A DNA stretch of 64,000 nt from a virus. Made by a program: the position numbers and the translations under genes. Where the stretch lies: the IMG/VR virus record IMGVR_UViG_3300031722_000008, positions 96,541 to 160,540 of that record; one strand, written 5' to 3'. The notes below the pieces were generated by a model that was not told where the DNA came from, did no database searches, and saw nothing but the letters and a program-made list of their open reading frames with translations. Positions 48,210 through 58,752 of the stretch are shown here, in pieces (within the stretch, counting starts at the first letter, position 1; the number at the start of each line of letters is the position of its first letter).

Positions 48210-48966
48210 TATTAATCACCTCACTCACTAATACTTCGCAATTATTATATATAACTTCTGCATTCTTATTTACACTTAAGGCAGTAATTTTACCAGCTAT
48301 TGCTGTTGTCTTCGGAATAAAGATTGTATCTGTTTTCTTTAATCTGTCACTATCTAAATGCGGATTAAATTCAATTAAAATCGAAGCTGGGAGAGAGTAT
48401 TTATCAGCAAATAGACTTATCTTACTGAACCCATATCTATTATCTGTAATTATTATATCTTTATTAATCACAACTTCTCCACTAATAATAGTCTCGAATA
48501 TATTGAAGATTGGCTCTGTGTCATTTCTTTTCGCTATAGCTTTCATCATAATGTTATTTATTTGTTTTGTATCCGAAGAATTTTTAGCAAATTTTTTATA
48601 TACAATTTTATCACTTATTTTCATAGAATATTTTATTGATAAATCAGCAATAAGATCTGCTATTTCGTCTTCTTTAAACTTTAGTAAATCATCACTCATG
48701 AGGAGTATTTTTATATCATTGTTATATATTGATAATTCTCCATTATCATGATGAGCTAAATTTGTAGATTTTAATTCCACTATTTCATCATCAGTAATTA
48801 TATAATGATATGGTGGTTTATCCAAAATACTATCACTGTATTTATTATTTAAAAGAATCAATAAATTATACACTGTAAGTTTATGATATTTTTCAAGTGA
48901 TTCTAAAGTAGACGAGCATATCACAACAGTATCTCTAACTTCGGGATTATATTGATTTAGAATCAT
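48196..48966 (-). CDS. LysM-containing protein with degenerate Amidase_2-like N-terminus
   Basis: YHYIITDDEIV...AHH; FADKYSLPASILIEFNPHL...TIFIP. Confidence 0.5.
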   Translation of the reverse strand: MILNQYNPEVRDTVVICSSTLESLEKYHKLTVYNLLILLNNKYSDSILDKPPYHYIITDDEIVELKSTNLAHHDNGELSIYNNDIKILLMSDDLLKFKEDEIADLIADLSIKYSMKISDKIVYKKFAKNSSDTKQINNIMMKAIAKRNDTEPIFNIFETIISGEVVINKDIIITDNRYGFSKISLFADKYSLPASILIEFNPHLDSDRLKKTDTIFIPKTTAIAGKITALSVNKNAEVIYNNCEVLVSEVINNELD

Positions 48967-48969
48967 ACA

Positions 48970-49593
48970 CTATATACCTCCTCTCACATTTATGCCTTTA
49001 ATGGTTAATTGACCATATACATTGTTGTTATTACTTATCGAGATATCTAAATTATATTCGTATGGTGTTTGAGGGCTTATAAAATCAGATATTGCTACCA
49101 CTAATTTACCTTTGATAGTAGGAATCGATTCGTTGATTATATATTGTTTTTCAACTCTCTCATTTACAACTGTATTGTATAATGCAATATCAACTTTATC
49201 TCCAATATTAATACCAGAAAAGCCAAGATTTATTATATCTAATGAAAACTGTGGTATTACTTCGCTACGGTTCAATATACGCTTTATAGTAACATTATTT
49301 ATTATAGCATTGTGCTTGACTGTATTTTTAAAATTATTGAAATCATCTGCTGTGTATTGAACCTTCGATGCGTACATATTTATTGAACTAACTATATCCT
49401 TGATTTTTGTTTGATTATAATTCGCATCCTCTAATTTCTTAATTAGGAATTCGTAATCTATCTTCTTGCCATTATTATATTGATTGAATATATTAATAAT
49501 TTCTTCTTGGCATTCAATAATATTATCAATTATATATAATGACTGTAATCCTTCAATTACAAAATTCTCATTTTTTTTAGATATTTCATCCAT
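48970..49593 (-). CDS. hypothetical virion-module protein
   Basis: ORF with AAGGAG RBS before ATG 49593. Confidence 0.65.
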   Translation of the reverse strand: MDEISKKNENFVIEGLQSLYIIDNIIECQEEIINIFNQYNNGKKIDYEFLIKKLEDANYNQTKIKDIVSSINMYASKVQYTADDFNNFKNTVKHNAIINNVTIKRILNRSEVIPQFSLDIINLGFSGINIGDKVDIALYNTVVNERVEKQYIINESIPTIKGKLVVAISDFISPQTPYEYNLDISISNNNNVYGQLTIKGINVRGGI

Positions 49594-49615
49594 TCTTTTC
49601 ACTCCTTTATAAACA

Positions 49616-49645
49616 AATTAGACTAGAAACATTTCTAGTCTAATT
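49616..49645 (-). terminator. hairpin / terminator after tape measure gene
   Basis: AATTAGACTAGAAA-ca-TTTCTAGTCTAATT. Confidence 0.7.
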
Positions 49646-49675
49646 GTAAATCATTATATAATTTTGAGCAATTCA

Positions 49676-52600
49676 TTATGGAGTAACGGTAGGATAAGAG
49701 CCTCCATTTGGATTATAGTATTGAACTACTGTGCTATTTCCCATAGAGTTTATTCTGTTATTCATAGTTGTAATAGCGTTTCCGATTGAAGTATCGTAAC
49801 TTTTCATTGTAGATTCAAATGAACTAGCTAATTTTTCTGAATTAGTTTTGGCATCATCTATTTTTGAAGCACCATCTTTTTGTTGATCTGTTAATGTTTT
49901 AAGTGATTCATCATATACTTTAACTACACCATCAACTAATTGCTTTTGCTGGTCCTTTAGGTCATTTTGTTTTTGTTCGTCTTCTTTAGATAAACCTCCA
50001 CTCTCTTTAGCTTTTTTTACAAATTCCTCTATTTGAGTATTAATTTTTTCTAGGTCTTTATTTGCTTGCTCGAAAGAAACTGCCTTAGCGTTTTCTCCAT
50101 CACCTTCTGTTACTGGCTTAGTATCTTTCAACGCATTGACTATGGCTTTGTAAGTTCCCGAATCTTCAAAACTCTTTTGTCCAGTACTTGAAGACAATGT
50201 ATCAGTTAATGTTTTTTGTGTAGCCTCGGCCATAGCTGCTGAAAGAGCCTGTATGCTATCTGCCGACAGAACGATAGGCTTCTTGTCTTCCCCTTTTATT
50301 CCTGTGTTACCTCCGTTCTCTAATATCTTCATTAAGTCGCTTGTCTTTAAATTATTATCTTTTATTAGCTTTCCAAGTTCAGTATCTTCTCCGAAGGTAG
50401 ATTTTACAGTACCATTAGCTTTACTTTCAAAGTTACCTTTAAATCCATCACCTAGTTCTGCTTCTAAAATTGTAGTTGTCTTACCAATATCAACTGCTCT
50501 CTCTTCTATTTTATCAAGTTCAGCAGTAAGCTTAGATAAGTTTGTAACATCAACCCCACCAACAGTTTTAGCAAATTCTATATATTTAGTTAATGTACCT
50601 TCATCAATAGAACCCTTTAATGCTTCTCCAAGCTTCTTAAGATCATCAACATCCCCACTGCTAATATCGCTTGCGATTTGTTTTCTGTACTCTTCACTAA
50701 CCCCTTTCAGTGCATCTTCTTTATTTTCTTTTATGCTCCTGACAGTATCCATAACTCCGCCTTCTTTATTTATTTCTATATCGTTTTTGGCAGTTATTTC
50801 ATCTATAGTTGCGGATATCTTACTTTTCATAGAGCTAATACTTTTTCCTTTTTCTTGTAAGTCAGTATTAGTACCATCTAATCCAATATTGCCATTTGCT
50901 ATAGTTTTAAATGCAGAATTTATACTACTGACTTCATCTCTTTTTTCTCCTTGCTTTCTCCAAGCACTATAATCATCCCATGTAGCAGCTGTACCACCGA
51001 CAGTACTCCCATCTTGATTAGGTCCTTGTTTAGAGGAATCATATTCTGAATCATATATAAATCCACCATTCTTTTGTTTTTTTAGATGAGTTAAAAGTTT
51101 ATTTTCATCATCAGTATGTGTCCAATTTTTTCCTTTTTCTTCTACTAAACTTTCAGATGTCTTTCCTCCACCCAATTCTTTTGCTCTATCAGAACCTATT
51201 ACCATTCCTACTTTTTTAAGCATAGCTAAAGTGTTCTCCTTATCGGCAGCACTTTTACCTCTCCATGCAAGAAAGTTTTCACTTCCATATTCTTCATTTG
51301 AAAAAGAATTAAGTTGTTTCATCTCTGTTCCGTAATAATTTTCCATAGCTGTATCTACTGTCATATTGTATTTTCCTATATTACCTTCAAAATCCTCAAT
51401 TCTTACTCCCATATAATCTCTCGCAAAAGATTTTCTTATACCTTCTTTTTCGGCTGTACTATTAGATGTGTTTTTTGCTAAGACTCTTTGTTTGGATTGC
51501 ACTTCTGCTTCTCCGTTTAGTCCTTGAATATAATTCTCTGCATCTGCGCCATCTTTGAACTTTCCAACTAATGTCTTTTTGTAGTCAGCTAATTTTTTAT
51601 CAGAGAGGGCATCGCTTGCGCTGTTGTAGTCGCCACTAGTCAATAACTCATCTAATCTTTTAGAGTAACTGGTTATTGAATCAATGTATCCAGCTTTCTC
51701 TGGATTATAACCAGTTGACCTACCATGTTCCACAATTGCATGGCCTCCGTCACCTTTAAGTCTTTTATCGGACAATAGTTTTTCAATATCAGCTGCATAA
51801 TCTTTACGAGTTTCGGTACTATTTTTGTTTACTTCATCAGAAGATAAAAGTTTAACTTCGCTTAAGAATTTATCTTGAGAACTTACAAGCTTATCATTTT
51901 GAGTTGATGCAAATCCTTTTTGTCCAAGTAAATATTCCTTTGCTCCAGCTTCTGTTGTACCTAGTGCCTTAGCGATGTCTATTTCTTTTAAAACTTTACT
52001 TCCATCAAAGTTCCTAGTTACGGATTCTTTTTTGGTATTTACTCCACTTTCTGTAGTTGTAGAACTCCCTGCTCCTGTTTGAGTATAGTCATGAAACTCC
52101 TTCATTAATTGCCCATTTAAGTTTGACCAGTTTGGGTCTGTAGCATAATTATGCCATCCTGCTTTATCATTAACCATAGCATTTAGTGTGTTTTGTTGAT
52201 GTTTAGGATCGTTGACATAATTATCAGCAATCCATTTAGCTCCACCGATAATTCCAGCTTCTGCTGTTCCATAACCATAAGCAGAAGAATATGCACTATT
52301 ATCAAATGCTCCTATCCCAAACCAGTTATTCTTATTCTTAGTTATTTGAGATGTTCCCCAAGCACTTTCATTACCCGCATGAGCAACTAAGTATGCAACA
52401 TCTAATCCTGATTCTTGTGAAGCTTTTAAAAATGTTGCTCCTTTTCCTGTCATGTTAGATTGTCTACCACCAACCTTGTCAGCAATGAAGGCATCGACCT
52501 GTTCGGCAGTTACACTGGTTTGGCTTTTTAAATTTTGATTTCTCATTTGATCAACAGTTACAGAACCTGAACCAGAACTTACGGATGTAGTAGTTGATTG

Positions 52601-55066
52601 ACCTATTTTTTCATTAAAGATTTCTTTGACTCTATTTGATACTTCATCTCCTAATTTTAAACTATCTATATTTATATCTTTTACTGAACCTTGTCCTCCG
52701 ACTGTTCTTAATGCACCCATATCATAACCCAGATTTTTAAATGCTTTATCTACGCTATCTTGGCTTGCGCCACCCACAGTAACAGCTAATGCTGCTCCAT
52801 AATTTCCTCCATACTTAAATACTTGATCTCCTAGCTTGCTTGATGTTTGGTCAATATTTAATTGTTGCCCTTGTGGTTTTGATTGATTGTATTTAGCTAA
52901 GGCAGCAACAATAACTTCTGATAAATCATTCTTCTTTGAATTTTCGATAATAGAACTCTTTTGTTCTTTTATGCCACTTGAAACTTCATCCCAATTAGAT
53001 ATTATATCCCTATCATAATTTACTTGCTTGCTAGAATTTTTAAATTTATTACTAACGAAATGCATTATATTATCATCTATTTGATAACCCTTATCTTGCA
53101 AATCATTTAGTGATGATAAGCTTGAAGCAATAACATTATTGGTTTCATTTGATTTTCTTATAACTTCATCGTAAGATGTACTTTTCAAATCAGATTTAGT
53201 TTTAGAAGATCTATCATATCTTTGTGGGATATCAAGTGTGCCTGCCATCCAATCTTGAGTATATTGAAGTTTTTCGCCAACCCAACTATCTAAATCTACA
53301 GCTCCTTGAGTTATTGAATCTTTTGTTCTATCCCACCAAGCACTTAATCTTTCTGTTACTGATGGAGCATTAGCCAATTGACTTGTTGTAGTTGATTGCC
53401 ATGCTTCTTGTAAACTAATCTGTTTAGCTAATTGTGGATTTTTCTTTTTATAGTCAAAGAATCCATTTAAAAGATTTTGAACTCCCATATCCTTAACTCC
53501 GAAATAATCACTCATTATGGTTCTATCATCAAACCCTTGAGCTTTCAGTTCCTTGTCATTAGTGTAAGTACTTACAGCTTTAGCTATAGCATCAGTCATA
53601 TCCCCTTCTGACATAGCATTTTTTATATAAGTTCCAGCTCCACTATCCCATTTCTTGATTGCATCTCCTTGCCCACTTTGCTCGTACCCTTGAAGTTTCT
53701 TTTCTGCTATTTCTGTTATTTGCTCAACACTTAAGTTCTTATTTTTATAATCATTAAACTTACTTTGATTAAATACAAAATCTTTTTGTTTTGCATCCCA
53801 ATCAAAGTAACCTAACGCAGATGTTGTTACTGAATGTTGGTCAACCATCTTTTCAAGTGTCGCTTGAGTATACATTGATGCTTGTGTTGGTCCACCAAGA
53901 TTTGTTATCATATTTCTGTTTTGTGTTTCTTGTACGGTCATAGAATCTTTATCTGTGTTAAATTTATTATCAAGTTCATTAAAATAACTAGCGACATAAG
54001 CTGTTGTATCTTCTGTTCTTGATGTAGTTTTTGAACCATCATTTGATGTGCCGGAATTTAATTGTTGAACAAAATCAGTGATTGATCTTGCTACAGAACT
54101 ACCACTTTCTCCAGTAAGACCTCCAAGTATGTTACTCTTACCCATTAAATCTTTGTAGTCCTTTTGGTCTATTCCAGCTTTTTTCATTGCAGACATAAGT
54201 TCAGCAACACTGTCATAGGTTTCATTGAGCATTAAGGCTCCTTCTTTTACTGTTTTTGTTAAAGAAGCCATTTTCTTTTTGAACCCATCTAAATCCTTAG
54301 TATCTTTAAGTAATCCACCCTCTGTATATTTTTGGAGCAACATCATTGTATCATCATCACTCATATGAAAATCATCATTCATCTTTCTAACATAGTTAGC
54401 AGCATTGTCTGATTCTTTCCTTGAGAACCCAAGAAGTCCTCTTTCATTATTACTCTCAGATGAATCAATAAACATCCCTGAATTTTTGTATAGATATTTC
54501 TTCAATGAACTGTTTTTTTGAATCTCATCGTTAGCTATATCTACATAACCACCCACAAGTGCCCCTCCGAGGATTCCTGTGCCTATTCCAGCCATTCCAG
54601 GTAACATTGCACCTAATCCAAACGAAGATGCTGTAGAGGCTACAGCGCCCATTCCTGTCATTGCTGTTTGACTAAGCCTAGCGCTATAGTCCATACCCAT
54701 TAAAACTCTTGATGTGTCTGAAGAGTTTGTTGTTGGCGCTGCAACTCCTAAGAATCCATATTGACCTTGTTTTCCTGCTAGCGACGACACTGAGTTCGCA
54801 AAGTTTGCATTCATACTTTGAGCATAAGAACTTATCATTGGTGATGGGCCAAATTGTACTTGTCCTGTATTGTTGCCAAAATTTTGAGAAACATTTTGAT
54901 ACATTGCTGGCGTATCAAAATTAACTTTTTGTTGATTTTCCCTAGCAGTTTTAAGTGCATTCTCTGTTTCATTACTTGCACTCATATTCTTCAATATATT
55001 TACTTGTTCTGTTTGTATTCTTGCTAGATTTTCTAACTCCAGTTTTAGTGAATCTTGTTGTTCCAA
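49676..55066 (-). CDS. tape measure protein with internal glucosaminidase domain
   Basis: 1796 aa, helical, Gly-rich hydrophobic patch; YLVAHAGNESAWGTS...KNNWFGIGAFD...YATDPNW; follows the chaperone genes. Confidence 0.88.
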   Translation of the reverse strand: MEQQDSLKLELENLARIQTEQVNILKNMSASNETENALKTARENQQKVNFDTPAMYQNVSQNFGNNTGQVQFGPSPMISSYAQSMNANFANSVSSLAGKQGQYGFLGVAAPTTNSSDTSRVLMGMDYSARLSQTAMTGMGAVASTASSFGLGAMLPGMAGIGTGILGGALVGGYVDIANDEIQKNSSLKKYLYKNSGMFIDSSESNNERGLLGFSRKESDNAANYVRKMNDDFHMSDDDTMMLLQKYTEGGLLKDTKDLDGFKKKMASLTKTVKEGALMLNETYDSVAELMSAMKKAGIDQKDYKDLMGKSNILGGLTGESGSSVARSITDFVQQLNSGTSNDGSKTTSRTEDTTAYVASYFNELDNKFNTDKDSMTVQETQNRNMITNLGGPTQASMYTQATLEKMVDQHSVTTSALGYFDWDAKQKDFVFNQSKFNDYKNKNLSVEQITEIAEKKLQGYEQSGQGDAIKKWDSGAGTYIKNAMSEGDMTDAIAKAVSTYTNDKELKAQGFDDRTIMSDYFGVKDMGVQNLLNGFFDYKKKNPQLAKQISLQEAWQSTTTSQLANAPSVTERLSAWWDRTKDSITQGAVDLDSWVGEKLQYTQDWMAGTLDIPQRYDRSSKTKSDLKSTSYDEVIRKSNETNNVIASSLSSLNDLQDKGYQIDDNIMHFVSNKFKNSSKQVNYDRDIISNWDEVSSGIKEQKSSIIENSKKNDLSEVIVAALAKYNQSKPQGQQLNIDQTSSKLGDQVFKYGGNYGAALAVTVGGASQDSVDKAFKNLGYDMGALRTVGGQGSVKDINIDSLKLGDEVSNRVKEIFNEKIGQSTTTSVSSGSGSVTVDQMRNQNLKSQTSVTAEQVDAFIADKVGGRQSNMTGKGATFLKASQESGLDVAYLVAHAGNESAWGTSQITKNKNNWFGIGAFDNSAYSSAYGYGTAEAGIIGGAKWIADNYVNDPKHQQNTLNAMVNDKAGWHNYATDPNWSNLNGQLMKEFHDYTQTGAGSSTTTESGVNTKKESVTRNFDGSKVLKEIDIAKALGTTEAGAKEYLLGQKGFASTQNDKLVSSQDKFLSEVKLLSSDEVNKNSTETRKDYAADIEKLLSDKRLKGDGGHAIVEHGRSTGYNPEKAGYIDSITSYSKRLDELLTSGDYNSASDALSDKKLADYKKTLVGKFKDGADAENYIQGLNGEAEVQSKQRVLAKNTSNSTAEKEGIRKSFARDYMGVRIEDFEGNIGKYNMTVDTAMENYYGTEMKQLNSFSNEEYGSENFLAWRGKSAADKENTLAMLKKVGMVIGSDRAKELGGGKTSESLVEEKGKNWTHTDDENKLLTHLKKQKNGGFIYDSEYDSSKQGPNQDGSTVGGTAATWDDYSAWRKQGEKRDEVSSINSAFKTIANGNIGLDGTNTDLQEKGKSISSMKSKISATIDEITAKNDIEINKEGGVMDTVRSIKENKEDALKGVSEEYRKQIASDISSGDVDDLKKLGEALKGSIDEGTLTKYIEFAKTVGGVDVTNLSKLTAELDKIEERAVDIGKTTTILEAELGDGFKGNFESKANGTVKSTFGEDTELGKLIKDNNLKTSDLMKILENGGNTGIKGEDKKPIVLSADSIQALSAAMAEATQKTLTDTLSSSTGQKSFEDSGTYKAIVNALKDTKPVTEGDGENAKAVSFEQANKDLEKINTQIEEFVKKAKESGGLSKEDEQKQNDLKDQQKQLVDGVVKVYDESLKTLTDQQKDGASKIDDAKTNSEKLASSFESTMKSYDTSIGNAITTMNNRINSMGNSTVVQYYNPNGGSYPTVTP

Positions 55067-55079
55067 TTTTTTTCACTCC

Positions 55080-55636
55080 TTATTCCCCAAACCCAAGCTT
55101 AGGTTTTTTTGCATCAGCAGATCTTTCAACTATCTTGGCTTTTTGGGCATCTAAAATATCTTGTCTACTTCGTTTAGGTAGTAAGTATTTATCTTGTTTC
55201 TTCATATCCTCTGTCAACTTCATTGTTGTTGGCTGAGTCTTCATGAATGACCATAATTCTTTTTCTTCATCAGATAATAAATCAGGTACGTCTTCGTCTT
55301 GAACTTTTTTATTAGTATCTTTAACAACTTTATTTTCTTGTTTATCATTAAGTCTATCTTCTCTTCTTTTTGCTTTTGATTTTCCTAATGAATCAATTAA
55401 AGTACTTGCATTGGTCTTATCTACTAATAAATAGAAAGCTTGAACGCTTGTTTCTAAATCATCTAATTTATCGAAGAATGCCATCTTTTCAGGCATAGAT
55501 TCTTCTTTCATATTAATTATTTCTATATAATGAAATAACCATTGAAAAGCATTCATATCTTTGAACCTGTCTTCGGTAATCACACCATTCTTATGATACA
55601 ATACGGTTTGAACCACATCTCCAAATGGTGTTTCTA
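55080..55636 (-). CDS. tail assembly chaperone, frameshift (GT-like) extension
   Basis: In the -1 frame relative to the upstream gene, open from the slippery site (LETPFGDVVQTVL...); no good RBS of its own. Confidence 0.75.
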
Positions 55637-56089
55637 AAAATTTTTTATTTTTTCTACCGTTTCTTGAAAGTTCTCAAATTTATTATTTTGATCTTTCACA
55701 CATTTGATATAAAAAGCATATGCCTTTTCAATTACCATAGCTGGCATTTTCAATAATTGTTTGTACAATAAAGACCTTCTCATTCTTGATTCTTGAGCAT
55801 CATAATCATCTCTCTCTATTGGTATACTGTTTATGGATATCAGTGCTTGAGATAATATACTTGCTGCTCTAACTCTCGCAACGATATCTGATGGTGCTGT
55901 ACTGCTATTCATTATTGATTCTGCGATAAGTAATTCTCCAGTATCTAGTACTTTAACTTTTATCTTAAATCCAGGAACAACCTCTTCCTCGTCTTCAACG
56001 GCACCTGATTTTATGAAATTTTCAAAAAAATTATTTAAATCAGCATTCATGTTTTCATCTTCCATAGTTTCTTTTTCTTTATTACTCAT
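55634..56089 (-). CDS. tail assembly chaperone (G-like)
   Basis: Between tube and tape measure genes; ends IKNF*. Confidence 0.8.
   Translation of the reverse strand: MSNKEKETMEDENMNADLNNFFENFIKSGAVEDEEEVVPGFKIKVKVLDTGELLIAESIMNSSTAPSDIVARVRAASILSQALISINSIPIERDDYDAQESRMRRSLLYKQLLKMPAMVIEKAYAFYIKCVKDQNNKFENFQETVEKIKNF
55637..55646 (-). other. programmed -1 ribosomal frameshift site
   Basis: A AAA AAT TTT just before TAG contains two overlapping X XXY YYZ heptamers. Confidence 0.75.
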
Positions 56090-56130
56090 AATTAAACCCT
56101 CCTAAAATATTTATGCTTTTATTATATAAC

Positions 56131-56155
56131 AAAAAAAAGAAGGCTAAAAGCCTTC
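56131..56155 (-). terminator. intrinsic terminator after tail tube gene
   Basis: GAAGGC-tttta-GCCTTC followed by T8 on the - strand. Confidence 0.8.
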
Positions 56156-56167
56156 CCTCAAATAGTT

Positions 56168-56755
56168 CTAACTAAATGAATAGTTTGAACAGAATTCATA
56201 TACGATAGAAACTGATTCAGCAACAAGGATTTGTCCTGCTGAAATACTTTCTTGTCTTGATTGTATCCAACAATTTTTAAATAGTCTTGTGTATCTAGCG
56301 TCATATTTATCTTTAGTAGCACCTTGACCATAGAATACATACATCATATCTAAAGGAATATTAATATCTCTCAAACTTCTGATCCATGTACTTGGTGTTG
56401 CTTGTTTACCACTAAAGCTATTTGGTTGGTATACAAGATTTAAGAAATCTTCTCCTGATAATAGAATTTTTTGGATTTGAATTTGACCTGTTGTTCTTCC
56501 TGGAATGTAATATGGAATATCTGAACCAAGTTCAAATACCATTTCCATTTGTTTATTTTCTCCCCAAGAATATCCTTGAACAACACCAACTCTTGTAAAT
56601 TCATCACTATCATTAGTTCCACTTTTACTTGCTGGTTTTACATACAAAACGCAACGTGCTGCCGATAAAAAACAGTCTGCATCAGCAGCATCTATATTAG
56701 GATCTAAATGGGAATCCTTAAATTCCCAAACATCAGTTAGTCCTCTATTAGCCAT
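56168..56755 (-). CDS. tail tube protein
   Basis: VGVVQGYS...VFELGS...IPGRT...FKNCWIQS...VAESVSI; follows sheath. Confidence 0.8.
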   Translation of the reverse strand: MANRGLTDVWEFKDSHLDPNIDAADADCFLSAARCVLYVKPASKSGTNDSDEFTRVGVVQGYSWGENKQMEMVFELGSDIPYYIPGRTTGQIQIQKILLSGEDFLNLVYQPNSFSGKQATPSTWIRSLRDINIPLDMMYVFYGQGATKDKYDARYTRLFKNCWIQSRQESISAGQILVAESVSIVYEFCSNYSFS

Positions 56756-56779
56756 TTAAAATCACCTCTCTCTTTAAAA

Positions 56780-58141
56780 TTATTCAGTCATAATAGTTAA
56801 CTTGATGTAGTTACATGGATATGGAACTTTAACTCTTACATCTAAGATTAATGAATCTGGATTAAATTCATCTTGAGCTAAATTTACTATTTGACCTTCG
56901 ATAAGATACTGATCAGTAATTAATGAAGCAAAAGCTGCATTAACAGAGCCTGTTATCTTTGTTATTGTATCAGCAGTAACATTATACTTACCGATATAAG
57001 TTTCTAATATACTTCTTAGGTATTTAGAAGTATAATCCTTACATGCTAATATAGAATTTTCTCTATATTCTGCTGAATCCATATTTGTAGTTAATTGATG
57101 TCTACAAATTATATTTGTGTCTGCACCACCTGGTTGCTCAAATATAATAACACCTTTTTCAGCTAACTTATTCTTTTCTCTTCTAGTTAATTGAACACCT
57201 AAAAGTTGATCGAATATTCCTGTTGTTGCTCTTGTTTTTGATTTATATAATGGTAAGGTAAACTCTAATCCTACATAAGCTGCTGCTATAAATTGACCAG
57301 TAAGAGTTTCTTGCGCTCCACTATTCATAGTCATTGTTGCAGTCGCAGGGTAGATAGTAGATATTCTTTCATTATATTTAGAGTGAGCGTAAGCTCCAAC
57401 CTTTTCGATTACATCTTCTGCAGTAGTTAATGTCGAAGCATCTTCTCTTGCATAGACAGCACATCTTTCTTTTCTTTCTTCGTAAGAAGAACATTTAGTA
57501 ACATGGCCATCAATGACAGCATTGATATCAGTTCCTAAATCTGCTGGAACTATTCTCCAAATTTCCTCAATATATTGAGCATATTTATCGAGTGCTTTTT
57601 GGTAATCTGTACCAGTGATAACTCCTTCTTCTCCTGGATCAACTTGAAGCATTATGAATTCACTAACACCCATTTTAACTAAAATTTCACCAGCTATAAA
57701 GATGTTGTTTAATGTACCATCAACTTTATATTCTGTTCCATAATAAGTTTCTAATTGCTCATACTTTTCAATTACTCTAGGTACATATTGATCCGCAGGT
57801 ACTGCTGATATATAAGTAACACTATAGCTTTCTCCAGCTGCTGGTGCTTTCGCTCCAACGGTTGCTAACCATTCAACTTTTGAAGCATCAGCTTCATTAA
57901 TCTTGTAGTCAGTTCCTAATGTAAAATCTGCTTTCCTTGAAGTATAACCAACTGATAATATTTCCAAAGCTTGTTTTGGTAATGTGTCTGTAACTCCGCT
58001 ACCTCTAGTTAAAACCTCTATGCTTTTTATTTTTGTGTCACCTGATCCGATAACTAATGGTACTAATCTAGGTCCACCTGTTCCTGTATTAGGTCTTAAC
58101 GATACGGTTTTGGAGTAGACGCCTGGTTCTAAATATGCCAT
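56780..58141 (-). CDS. tail sheath protein
   Basis: MAYLEPGVYS; C-terminal CRHQLTT...YIGK...VKVPYPCNYIKLT. Confidence 0.88.
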   Translation of the reverse strand: MAYLEPGVYSKTVSLRPNTGTGGPRLVPLVIGSGDTKIKSIEVLTRGSGVTDTLPKQALEILSVGYTSRKADFTLGTDYKINEADASKVEWLATVGAKAPAAGESYSVTYISAVPADQYVPRVIEKYEQLETYYGTEYKVDGTLNNIFIAGEILVKMGVSEFIMLQVDPGEEGVITGTDYQKALDKYAQYIEEIWRIVPADLGTDINAVIDGHVTKCSSYEERKERCAVYAREDASTLTTAEDVIEKVGAYAHSKYNERISTIYPATATMTMNSGAQETLTGQFIAAAYVGLEFTLPLYKSKTRATTGIFDQLLGVQLTRREKNKLAEKGVIIFEQPGGADTNIICRHQLTTNMDSAEYRENSILACKDYTSKYLRSILETYIGKYNVTADTITKITGSVNAAFASLITDQYLIEGQIVNLAQDEFNPDSLILDVRVKVPYPCNYIKLTIMTE

Positions 58142-58160
58142 AATTCAAACACCTCTCTTA

Positions 58161-58751
58161 TTAATTAAATTTGATATTGATATTTTTTAATGGTTTATCT
58201 ATATCGTATAGTGCATCTTCTGGTCCTTTTGTTCCTATCCAATATAATGTTCCTGATAATTGGATTGGTGTATCCCAAATCTTTTCCGGATATTGTTTAG
58301 AAGGTGATGCATTACCTTTTGATATATTTGATATTTGAAGTCCTAATTTCTCACTTAAATAGTTTATTGCGGCAAACGATGTATACCAATGAACTCTGCT
58401 CGCTAAATCTTTTGACGTATTTTGCTGACCAGAACAAACTAATGTTAATGAGTATGGTATTATATACGCATACTGCTGAGCTCCATTGACTATACCATTG
58501 TATGTTACATCTTTATAGAAATTATACCCAAATGTTGTTTGTGGATTATTCTGTAATGTAACCTGAGAAACTATTATGTGTGGCAGCTTTTCTGCTACCA
58601 CTAAAGAGTCAGGGTAATCTATTGTTATTAATAGCTGAGACTCTTCCTGATTTTTATTATATACAAACTTCTTATCTTTTTCAAATATAGCTCTAAGTCC
58701 TCTTGTAATTCTTGATTCAATTTCATATTCTGCGTCAAAATATTCAGACAT
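58161..58751 (-). CDS. tail terminator / completion protein
   Basis: KLPHIIVS motif; position before sheath. Start placed at ATG 58751. Confidence 0.55.
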   Translation of the reverse strand: MSEYFDAEYEIESRITRGLRAIFEKDKKFVYNKNQEESQLLITIDYPDSLVVAEKLPHIIVSQVTLQNNPQTTFGYNFYKDVTYNGIVNGAQQYAYIIPYSLTLVCSGQQNTSKDLASRVHWYTSFAAINYLSEKLGLQISNISKGNASPSKQYPEKIWDTPIQLSGTLYWIGTKGPEDALYDIDKPLKNINIKFN

Positions 58752-58752
58752 T

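Noticed and set aside
50253-50972. 239-aa + strand ORF and the other antisense or nested ORFs in the track
   Set aside because: They lie opposite or inside well-supported genes, show the Ser/Leu/Phe-rich composition of antisense shadows, and lack RBS.
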